The position numbers and the translations under genes are program-made. Source: Przondovirus NAN33P6. From it: a stretch of 40,525 bases of DNA. This document shows positions 8,805 through 17,065 of this stretch, one piece after another (position 1 is the first letter of the stretch; every line of letters begins with the position of its first letter). The stretch lies in the sequence record OZ035736.1. One strand, 5' to 3'. The notes under the pieces were generated by a model. It was not told the DNA's origin and did no database searches. It was given only the letters and a program-made list of their open reading frames with translations.

Positions 8805-8827
8805 AATTAGGTAGCACTATAGGGAAC
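8805..8827 (+). promoter_or_regulatory. Phage RNAP promoter variant (upstream of ORF 8893)
   Basis: AATTAGGTAGCACTATAGGGAAC; -17..+4 consensus, +5/+6 differ; followed by hairpin GGAACCTTCG...CGAGGGTTCC at the transcript 5' end. Confidence 0.75.
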
Positions 8828-8892
8828 CTTCGAATGGCCGAGGGTTCCATTACTTAAAGTCTTAACTTAGAGAATACTTAAAGAGGCACATC

Positions 8893-9456
8893 ATGACTTA
8901 CTCAATAGTTGTAACCATCTTGTTAATCGTATTAATCGTCCTGTTCGTAAGGGCCGCCACACGCCTCGCTACCTGCGAGTACGCCCTTGAGAAGCAGGCC
9001 AAGAGTAACGAGGAGTACACAAACATCTTGCATGACAAAGTGTGTCGCCTGTCTGAAGATAAGGCAGCACTCAATAAGCAGGTGCGGTGGCTTGAGTCCA
9101 CGCTTAAGGAAGAAGAGCAGAAGGTGCGCGATGTGAATGAACTCCGAGAGCACCAGCGGGACCGCATGAAGTTCCTCCGCAAGTCACTGAAGGAAGCACA
9201 AGACGAGCTGATGATGGTCTCCGACCTGATTCACGTTAAGTTCACAGCTGTGTTGCCGGACGGTACCCACTCTAAGACGCTCTTTAAGTTAGGACTTGGG
9301 CCTTGTGGTCTGCACGTTAAGTCCCTGCGCTGGACCGAGCTGGATGACCGCTATCTGATAGACCAGCTGTGCACCAACGGTGAGCGCAAGCAGTTCGTCT
9401 ACTACAAGAGCGAAGTAGTAGGCCGCATCGAGTTCCGCCACGGTAAGTTTGAATAA
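8893..9456 (+). CDS. Hypothetical early protein with N-terminal TM helix and coiled-coil (no T7 counterpart recognised)
   Basis: 187 aa; AAGAGG RBS; hydrophobic TILLIVLIVLFV followed by a charged heptad-like region; sits between gene 1 and gene 1.1. Confidence 0.7.
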   Translation: MTYSIVVTILLIVLIVLFVRAATRLATCEYALEKQAKSNEEYTNILHDKVCRLSEDKAALNKQVRWLESTLKEEEQKVRDVNELREHQRDRMKFLRKSLKEAQDELMMVSDLIHVKFTAVLPDGTHSKTLFKLGLGPCGLHVKSLRWTELDDRYLIDQLCTNGERKQFVYYKSEVVGRIEFRHGKFE

Positions 9457-9475
9457 GGTAGCACTATAGGAACAT
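9453..9475 (+). promoter_or_regulatory. Degenerate phage promoter-like element (phi1.1-like)
   Basis: AATAAGGTAGCACTATAGGAACA; keeps the GGTAGCACTATAGG core but diverges at -14 and +3..+6. Confidence 0.45.
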
Positions 9476-9515
9476 ACTCAAGGTCATCGTCTGGTGGCCT
9501 TCATGAATGTCCCTT
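9470..9515 (+). promoter_or_regulatory. Putative RNase III processing hairpin (R1.1-like)
   Basis: ACTCAAGGTCATCGTCTGGTGGCCTTCATGAATG, close to the recalled T7 R1.1 substrate. Confidence 0.6.
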
Positions 9516-9539
9516 ACTATCGCAATCAGGAGTAACATC

Positions 9540-9716
9540 ATGTACCAGAACACAATCAACTTCGAGCGCAACCGTGAACGTCAGCAGACCGAGGGCTACA
9601 TCCCTAAGGGCCGCAAGCTGAACAAGACAAAGCGTGGTGGCGGTGTGAAAGGTTCTTTCCGTAACGCCAAGGGTGACAGCGTTGTTAACCAAGAGAAATA
9701 CTTCGTAGGAGCGTAA
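9540..9716 (+). CDS. 1.1: T7 gp1.1 homolog (small basic protein)
   Basis: 58 aa from the internal ATG of ORF 9507..9716; KGRKLNKTKR matches recalled T7 gp1.1. Confidence 0.7.
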   Translation: MYQNTINFERNRERQQTEGYIPKGRKLNKTKRGGGVKGSFRNAKGDSVVNQEKYFVGA

Positions 9717-9719
9717 CAA

Positions 9720-9986
9720 ATGGCCGAGCAAACTAAATGGTTGTTTGACGGTAGCACTTCGCAGTGGTCACGATTGGGTGCCACAGAGCGCAGGTTGATG
9801 GACGAGACGGGACTACGTGTAATCATGACGTACCGCCCATTCAACCGCACAGTGCTATTCTCTGTGTATGAACCTCGCCCGGATTACGACGAGGTGCTCG
9901 TGGAGAAGACCTTCAGTCGCTGGTCGATTGACTCAGCGTCAGACTGGCTGGCAAAACTCACAGCCGACTACTCAAGTTGGAAATGA
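9720..9986 (+). CDS. 1.2: Probable gp1.2 (inhibitor of host dGTPase) by position and size
   Basis: 88 aa; same position and length class as T7 gp1.2 and ends in WK like recalled gp1.2; similarity otherwise weak. Confidence 0.55.
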   Translation: MAEQTKWLFDGSTSQWSRLGATERRLMDETGLRVIMTYRPFNRTVLFSVYEPRPDYDEVLVEKTFSRWSIDSASDWLAKLTADYSSWK

Positions 9987-10007
9987 TTAGGTAGCACTAT
10001 AGGCAGA
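9985..10007 (+). promoter_or_regulatory. Phage RNAP promoter variant (phi1.3-like)
   Basis: TGATTAGGTAGCACTATAGGCAG; +3 C differs from consensus. Confidence 0.6.
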
Positions 10008-10048
10008 CTCAAGGTCATCGGATTCCGGTGGCCTTTATGATTGCTTAT
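10005..10048 (+). promoter_or_regulatory. Putative RNase III processing hairpin (R1.3-like)
   Basis: ACTCAAGGTCATCGGATTCCGGTGGCCTTTATGATTG. Confidence 0.6.
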
Positions 10049-10086
10049 TGCACACTAAATGAACACTACACTTCGGAGACATCATC

Positions 10087-11145
10087 ATGATGAACATTAA
10101 GACTAATCCATATAAGGCCGTTTCATACGTACGCTCTGCTATCGAGAAGGCGCTGGAGACTTCCGGTTACCTCATCGCAGACACTAAGCACGATGGGGTT
10201 CGCGGGAACATTTGCGTAGACAACACGGCCAACGCAGCGTGGCTCAGCCGGGTCTCCAAGACCATTCCGGCGCTTGAGCACCTCAACGGTTTCGACCAGC
10301 GCTGGCAGAAGTTACTGAAAGATGACCGCTGGATTTTCCCTGATGGCTTTATGCTTGATGGCGAACTCATGGTAAAGGGCGTAGACTTCAACACCGGGTC
10401 TGGCCTGCTGCGTACCAAGTGGCTCAAGAAATACAACATGGAGTACCACAACGTGTCAGTAACACCAGACATGCTGAAGCCTCGCAAGGTTGGCGTTGCT
10501 AAGCGTGTTCGTACCGAGTTTAGACTATCCACCGCGCACCTAAAAGTTGTCCTCTACGATATCATTCCGCTTGACATTATCGAGTCAGGTGATGACTACA
10601 ACGTGATGACCCTCCTCCGCCTTGAGCACGTCAAGGTAGCCTTACCAGTCCTGCAAGACCACTTCCCCGAAGTCGAGTGGTGCCTCTCGGAGTCCCATGA
10701 AGTTTACGACATGGACGAACTCGATGCGCTTTACCGACAGAAACGAGAAGAAGGTCATGAAGGTCTGGTGGTTAAGGACCCTCGCGGTATCTATAAGCGC
10801 GGTAAGAAGTCCGGCTGGTGGAAGCTGAAGCCAGAGAACGAGGCTGACGGTGTAGTTGTGGGACTCAACTGGGGAACTCCCGGTCTTGCCAACGAGGGCA
10901 AGGTGATTGGCTTCGAGGTTCTCCTTGAGTCAGGTCGCGTGGTCTCCGCTAACAACATCTCTCAGGCACTTATGGAGGAGTTCACCTCTGCGGTACTAAC
11001 TCAGGAACTGAACGGAGACACTCAGGCGTATATTGGCTGGGCGTGCCAAATCAAGTACATGGAGGAAACTCCAGATGGCTCCCTGCGTCACCCATCGTTC
11101 GACAAATGGCGTGGCACCGAGGCTGACCCTACCACCAAGATGTAA
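10087..11145 (+). CDS. 1.3: ATP-dependent DNA ligase, T7 gp1.3 homolog
   Basis: 352 aa; MMNIKTNP.KAVS.V.SAI.KAL...GYLIA..K.DGVRGNICVDNTAN..WLSRVSKTIPALEHLNGFD, EGLVVKDP, SLRHPSF match recalled T7 ligase (active-site K in KHDGVRG). Confidence 0.95.
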   Translation: MMNIKTNPYKAVSYVRSAIEKALETSGYLIADTKHDGVRGNICVDNTANAAWLSRVSKTIPALEHLNGFDQRWQKLLKDDRWIFPDGFMLDGELMVKGVDFNTGSGLLRTKWLKKYNMEYHNVSVTPDMLKPRKVGVAKRVRTEFRLSTAHLKVVLYDIIPLDIIESGDDYNVMTLLRLEHVKVALPVLQDHFPEVEWCLSESHEVYDMDELDALYRQKREEGHEGLVVKDPRGIYKRGKKSGWWKLKPENEADGVVVGLNWGTPGLANEGKVIGFEVLLESGRVVSANNISQALMEEFTSAVLTQELNGDTQAYIGWACQIKYMEETPDGSLRHPSFDKWRGTEADPTTKM

Positions 11146-11166
11146 TTAGGTAGCACTATAGGAGAC
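11144..11166 (+). promoter_or_regulatory. Phage RNAP promoter variant
   Basis: AATTAGGTAGCACTATAGGAGAC; initiating run is GG rather than GGG. Confidence 0.65.
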
Positions 11167-11172
11167 AACAAC

Positions 11173-11259
11173 ATGTCTATCAATCTGATTCTAATCATCG
11201 TGTTCATCCTCGCGGCTATCGTGTGGTCAATGAATGACGAGCCACCTAAAGGAGCATAA
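11173..11259 (+). CDS. Small hydrophobic peptide (28 aa), hypothetical
   Basis: MSINLILIIVFILAAIVWSMNDEPPKGA; immediately downstream of promoter 11144; below ORF-track cutoff. Confidence 0.35.
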   Translation: MSINLILIIVFILAAIVWSMNDEPPKGA

Positions 11260-11261
11260 CC

Positions 11262-11525
11262 ATGCGCTTACACTTCAATAAATCCAACGGTATCTTCTCG
11301 GTTCGCCGGGAGGACCGCAGCACTGTAGCAGCCTCCGAGCGCCACGGTAAGATTCCACGTATCGGCGACACCTTCGAGCTGTCACCTCGTGTGCACATCT
11401 TGGTTACTCGCGGTCTCTACGAATTGGCTCAGACTAAGAGCCGTCCTTTCGTACCCGTTGTGGTAACCAAGTGGCCACGCCTTCGTCTGTTCTGGGAGCG
11501 CATCAAGGAGGTGGTCAATGACTGA
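11262..11525 (+). CDS. 1.6: T7 gp1.6 homolog
   Basis: 87 aa; F.K.NG.F.VRR.DRS.V.ASE.HGK.PRIGD.F.LSP.V.ILVTRGLY.LA..K.RPF matches recalled T7 gp1.6. Confidence 0.7.
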   Translation: MRLHFNKSNGIFSVRREDRSTVAASERHGKIPRIGDTFELSPRVHILVTRGLYELAQTKSRPFVPVVVTKWPRLRLFWERIKEVVND

Positions 11526-11943
11526 ACGTGAAATTCAAGTAGTGAACCTGCTGGTTGAACAAAACACTGACCGCCCAGACTCCACAACGTGCGCTGATGG
11601 CGTCATATGCTACAAGGTATCGTGCATCGAGTGTCCGCTAGACACCAAAGGTACGACCATTGGGGAAGTCCGCGCAATGAAGGACAGCAAGGCTCCTAGT
11701 GTAGAAGACGACGGGGTCAAGCAGCCTAGTCATTACCAACTGTTCGGAGGTATTGAGGCCATCGAGGTGATTGCGCGAAGCATGACCCAAGAGATGTTCA
11801 AGGGGTATTGCCTCGGGAACATCCTCAAGTACCGCCTCCGTGCTGGTAAGAAGTCCGAGCTTGCTACCTTAGAGAAAGACATGGCGAAGGCCGCTTTCTA
11901 TCTGGAACTATACGAGAAACACAAGGGGTTGTGTCATGATTGA
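11518..11943 (+). CDS. 1.7: Probable gp1.7 (nucleotide kinase) homolog
   Basis: 141 aa; position between 1.6 and 1.8; assignment mainly positional. Confidence 0.5.
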   Translation: MTEREIQVVNLLVEQNTDRPDSTTCADGVICYKVSCIECPLDTKGTTIGEVRAMKDSKAPSVEDDGVKQPSHYQLFGGIEAIEVIARSMTQEMFKGYCLGNILKYRLRAGKKSELATLEKDMAKAAFYLELYEKHKGLCHD

Positions 11944-12072
11944 GTTAACACCGAGTCGTATTGAAATCCTGAAGTATTGGGCGAAGGACTTCCTCAGAAT
12001 CTACCAGACTGAGGACTTCACCAAGGAGGAGCTTGAGTTCATTGAGGAGATTCTTAGCAATGAAACCGAGTG
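11936..12072 (+). CDS. Small acidic ORF (45 aa), hypothetical
   Basis: MIELTPSRIEILKYWAKDFLRIYQTEDFTKEELEFIEEILSNETE; overlaps the 1.7 stop and the 1.8 start; below ORF-track cutoff. Confidence 0.3.
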
Positions 12073-12185
12073 ACTGGTGCCGAGCGATGTACGAGAAGAC
12101 GCTCGACCCTGCGTACATCACCCTGTATAACATGTGGAAGGAGCGAGAAGATGCAAAAGTTTGTCGTAACGGTCGAGACAGCTAA
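12060..12185 (+). CDS. 1.8: T7 gp1.8 homolog
   Basis: 41 aa; SDWCRAMYEKTLDPAYITLYNMWK resembles recalled T7 gp1.8 (SEWCRKMWEETFDDAYIKLYELWK). Confidence 0.6.
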   Translation: MKPSDWCRAMYEKTLDPAYITLYNMWKEREDAKVCRNGRDS

Positions 12186-12315
12186 CGCATCGTACGAACT
12201 CCCGGTACACGCTGGGTCTCTTGAGGAGGCCCTCGAAGTTGCCGAGGCGGAGTACGAAGAGTTAGGCCAAGTGACCCGGGTACGCCCGGATACTAATTTC
12301 GGGTTCGACCTGTAG
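12151..12315 (+). CDS. 2: Inhibitor of host RNA polymerase, T7 gp2 homolog
   Basis: 54 aa from internal ATG of ORF 12070..12315; VETANASYELPVHAGSLEEALEVAEAEYEELGQVTRVRP resembles recalled T7 gp2. Confidence 0.75.
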   Translation: MQKFVVTVETANASYELPVHAGSLEEALEVAEAEYEELGQVTRVRPDTNFGFDL

Positions 12316-12316
12316 T

Positions 12317-12339
12317 CATTAGGTAGCACTATAGGGACA
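12317..12339 (+). promoter_or_regulatory. Phage RNAP promoter variant (phi2.5-like)
   Basis: TCATTAGGTAGCACTATAGGGAC; followed by 5' hairpin GGGACACAGGTTGTCCC. Confidence 0.7.
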
Positions 12340-12380
12340 CAGGTTGTCCCTCTTACTGTTTAAACTTAAGGAGATTCATC

Positions 12381-13076
12381 ATGGCATTCGCTAAGAAGAA
12401 AATTTACACCACCAAGATTGGTACCTGTGAGCCGTACGCTTACTTCAACAAGCCGGACTATGGCGGTGAGGGTTTTGAGAACCCACGCGGTACCTACAAG
12501 GGTTCCGTAACGTTCAAGAACGAAGACTGTCAGGAGCTGGTAGACCTCATCGTTAAGACCCATGAGGAAAACTACGCGGCCCGTCTGGAAGCGCACGAAG
12601 CGAACCCGCCGAAGGTTCAGAAGGGTAAGAAACCTCTGAAGCCGTACGAAGGCGACATGCCGTTCTTCGACAACGGTGATGGTACAACCACGTTCAACTT
12701 CAAGTGCTACGGTTCGTACGAGGACAAGAAGACTGGCGAGACCAAGAAGATTGTTCTGGGCGTAGTAGACGCGAAGGGCAAGCGCATCCAAGACGTTCCG
12801 ATTATCGGCGGCGGGTCCAAAGTGAAGATTCGCTTCTCGCTGGTACCGTACGGCTGGTCTGCGGTAGCTGGCGCTTCCGTTAAGTTGCAGCTGGAAGGCG
12901 TGATGCTGGTCGAACTGGCTACCTTTGGTGGTGGCGAAGACGACTGGGCTGACGAAGCCGTAGAAGGCGGTTACGAAGCTGACGAACCTCGCAGCCGTAA
13001 ACCTCAGGAAGACCCGGAAGACTGGTCTGGTGAGGAAGCTGACGAGGGCGAAGCCGAAGAAGACGATGACTTCTAA
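12381..13076 (+). CDS. 2.5: Single-stranded DNA-binding protein, T7 gp2.5 homolog
   Basis: 231 aa; OB-fold region followed by a highly acidic C-terminal tail ending ...EAEEDDDF, characteristic of gp2.5. Confidence 0.9.
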   Translation: MAFAKKKIYTTKIGTCEPYAYFNKPDYGGEGFENPRGTYKGSVTFKNEDCQELVDLIVKTHEENYAARLEAHEANPPKVQKGKKPLKPYEGDMPFFDNGDGTTTFNFKCYGSYEDKKTGETKKIVLGVVDAKGKRIQDVPIIGGGSKVKIRFSLVPYGWSAVAGASVKLQLEGVMLVELATFGGGEDDWADEAVEGGYEADEPRSRKPQEDPEDWSGEEADEGEAEEDDDF

Positions 13077-13525
13077 TGGCGGGCTATGGGGCCAAAGGGA
13101 TTCGGAAGGTGGGTGCCTTCCGGTCTGGCCTTGAGGACAAGGTGTCCAAGCAGTTAGAATCAAAGGGCGTCACGTTCGACTACGAATTGTGGCGCATCCC
13201 TTACGTTATTCCTGCGAGTGACCACCTTTACACTCCAGACTTCTTGCTACCTAACGGCATCTTCGTGGAGACTAAGGGTCTCTGGGAAGCCGAGGACCGC
13301 AAGAAGCACCTACTGATTCGTGAGCAATACCCGGAGTTAGACATCCGGTTAGTGTTCTCATCGAGTCGCACTAAGATTTACAAAGGGTCACCAACCAGTT
13401 ACGCTGAGTGGTGCGAGAAGCATAACATCTTGTTTGCCGACAAATTGATTCCCGTAGACTGGCTGAAGGAGCCGAAGCGTGATGTACCGTTCGGCAAGTT
13501 CAAGCAGAAGAAAGGAGCAAAGTAA
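13076..13525 (+). CDS. 3: Endonuclease I (Holliday junction resolvase), T7 gp3 homolog
   Basis: 149 aa; MAGYGAKGIRKVGAFRSGLEDKVSKQLESKG, PDFLLPNGIFVETKGLWE..DRKKHLLIREQ.PELDIR.VFSSSRTK.YKGSPTSY nearly identical to recalled T7 gp3. Confidence 0.95.
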   Translation: MAGYGAKGIRKVGAFRSGLEDKVSKQLESKGVTFDYELWRIPYVIPASDHLYTPDFLLPNGIFVETKGLWEAEDRKKHLLIREQYPELDIRLVFSSSRTKIYKGSPTSYAEWCEKHNILFADKLIPVDWLKEPKRDVPFGKFKQKKGAK

Positions 13526-13527
13526 GT

Positions 13528-13983
13528 ATGGCCAAGGTTCAATTCACTAAGCGACAGGAGACCTCTCAGATTTTCGTTCACTGTTCAGCCACCAAGGCAA
13601 CCATGGACGTAGGTGTTCGTGAGATTCGTCAGTGGCACAAAGAGCAGGGTTGGTTGGACGTTGGGTACCACTTCATCATCCGTCGTGACGGTACCGTTGA
13701 GGCGGGCCGAGACCAAGACGCTGTGGGTTCACACGTCAAGGGATACAACTCGACTTCTGTCGGCGTGTGTCTGGTGGGCGGTATCGACGCTAAGGGTAAC
13801 CCTGAGGCAAACTTCACGCCAGCCCAGATGCAGTCGCTGCGTTCACTGCTGGTAGAACTGAAGGCGCAATACGCTGGGGCCGTGCTGATGGCACACCACG
13901 ACGTAGCGCCTAAAGCCTGCCCGAGCTTCGACCTGAAGCGCTGGTGGGAGAAGAACGAGCTGGTCACTTCTGACCGTGGGTAA
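13528..13983 (+). CDS. 3.5: Lysozyme (N-acetylmuramoyl-L-alanine amidase, RNAP inhibitor), T7 gp3.5 homolog
   Basis: 151 aa; FVHCSAT, DVGYHFIIRRDG.VE.GRD...GSHVKGYNS.S.GVCLVGGID, AHHDVAPKACPSFD matches T7 lysozyme. Confidence 0.95.
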   Translation: MAKVQFTKRQETSQIFVHCSATKATMDVGVREIRQWHKEQGWLDVGYHFIIRRDGTVEAGRDQDAVGSHVKGYNSTSVGVCLVGGIDAKGNPEANFTPAQMQSLRSLLVELKAQYAGAVLMAHHDVAPKACPSFDLKRWWEKNELVTSDRG

Positions 13984-13984
13984 A

Positions 13985-14007
13985 CATTAGGTAGCACTAC
14001 AGGGAGA
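13985..14007 (+). promoter_or_regulatory. Phage RNAP promoter variant (phi4-like)
   Basis: ACATTAGGTAGCACTACAGGGAGAC; C at -2 (TACA instead of TATA). Confidence 0.6.
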
Positions 14008-14046
14008 CAATTACGTTTCCCTGTTGTCGCTTGAGGAGGTTACTTT

Positions 14047-16049
<2,003 letters not shown>

Positions 16050-16069
16050 TCAACCTAAGGAGAACCATC

Positions 16070-16279
16070 ATGTTTAAACTTATCGAAGCATTAGGCCGTC
16101 TGGTCATCGCGCTGTACGTACGTGAAGCCAAGGCACTGGACAAAGCGTCCAAGGTGGAAGCAGAAGCAGCCGCTAAGTTGGCTAAGGCCGCCGACAAGGC
16201 ACGTCAGGCATCTCTGGATGCAACCGCAGAGGCAGCGAAAGTTGCACTTAAAGCTCAGAAACTTAAGGAGTTCTTCTAA
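16070..16279 (+). CDS. 4.3: T7 gp4.3 homolog
   Basis: 69 aa from internal ATG of ORF 16025..16279; MFKLIEALGRLVIALYVREAK resembles recalled T7 gp4.3 (MFKLIKKLGQLLVRMYNVEAK); AAGGAG RBS. Confidence 0.7.
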   Translation: MFKLIEALGRLVIALYVREAKALDKASKVEAEAAAKLAKAADKARQASLDATAEAAKVALKAQKLKEFF

Positions 16280-16590
16280 TGACTACCAAAGCTAAATTCC
16301 CCGGCAACACCATTCAGCTGTCCGACACTGTAGACCAGTGGGGCCGCAAGGTTCACATCAACGTTCGCAACGACAAGGTCACTCTGGTCTACCGCTGGAA
16401 GGCCAAGAGCGATAACCGTGCGCATACTCAGCGTGTGACCCTCGACGATACTCAAGCAGCTCGCCTTCTGGCATCCGTGGCTGTCGCAGCGGCAGTAGCT
16501 GTTGGTGAGGACAAAGTGCGTGACTCAATTCTGATCAAAGAGGCTGGAGAAACCTCCAAGAGACTGGCCGAAGCGTCAGAACTTAAGTGA
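16279..16590 (+). CDS. Hypothetical protein (gene 4.5 position)
   Basis: 103 aa; Ala/Val-rich segment LLASVAVAAAVAVGED; no homolog recognised. Confidence 0.5.
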   Translation: MTTKAKFPGNTIQLSDTVDQWGRKVHINVRNDKVTLVYRWKAKSDNRAHTQRVTLDDTQAARLLASVAVAAAVAVGEDKVRDSILIKEAGETSKRLAEASELK

Positions 16591-16635
16591 TAAACTCAAG
16601 GTCATTACTATATGTAGTGGCCTTTATGATTATCA
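16590..16635 (+). promoter_or_regulatory. Putative RNase III processing hairpin (R4.7-like)
   Basis: AAACTCAAGGTCATTACTATATGTAGTGGCCTTTATGATT; shares the TACTATATGTAGTG loop with the site at 288-335. Confidence 0.6.
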
Positions 16636-16662
16636 TACACAACATATTGAGAGGACATTACC

Positions 16663-17049
16663 ATGCGTAAACCTGAAGAAATCCGTGCAGACATCGAGAA
16701 GCTGACCAAAGAGCTGGAAGCTGTTAAGATTCACGAGTCCAGACAGGTTGCTGCTGTTAACATCTTGTATAACTTAGGGTGGACACACGACCCTCGCAAG
16801 GGCTGGCAGAAACCTGCGCCAAAGTGCAGCGACTATAAGGCACCGCTGAAGGCTGGCGAGCTGGCAACGTGGGAGGATGGTGCCCTTGGTGGAACCGTAT
16901 ATATCCGTAGCGTTGGCAACAAGTTCTCACAAGTGTCTCACGTCCGTGGCGTTAGTCGCCTTGGTGCTGACGTCCTTACAGGCAGCTTCGCGATTGAGAA
17001 CAGCAAGTTGACAATCCGTCCTCGTGAGTATTTCATCGGACGTCGATAA
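16663..17049 (+). CDS. 4.7: Hypothetical protein, probable gp4.7 by position
   Basis: 128 aa; immediately upstream of the DNA polymerase gene, as T7 gene 4.7. Confidence 0.5.
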   Translation: MRKPEEIRADIEKLTKELEAVKIHESRQVAAVNILYNLGWTHDPRKGWQKPAPKCSDYKAPLKAGELATWEDGALGGTVYIRSVGNKFSQVSHVRGVSRLGADVLTGSFAIENSKLTIRPREYFIGRR

Positions 17050-17065
17050 GTAACAGGAGACCACT

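Noticed and set aside
8828-8892. AT-rich stretch after promoter 8805 as a possible primary replication origin (by analogy with T7 ori near phi1.1)
   Set aside because: Purely positional analogy; no sequence feature I can verify as an origin, so not reported as a feature.
12366-13163. 265-aa ORF on the minus strand
   Set aside because: Antisense to the strongly supported gp2.5 and gp3 genes; T7-group genomes are transcribed entirely from one strand and there is no promoter or RBS; read as a shadow ORF.
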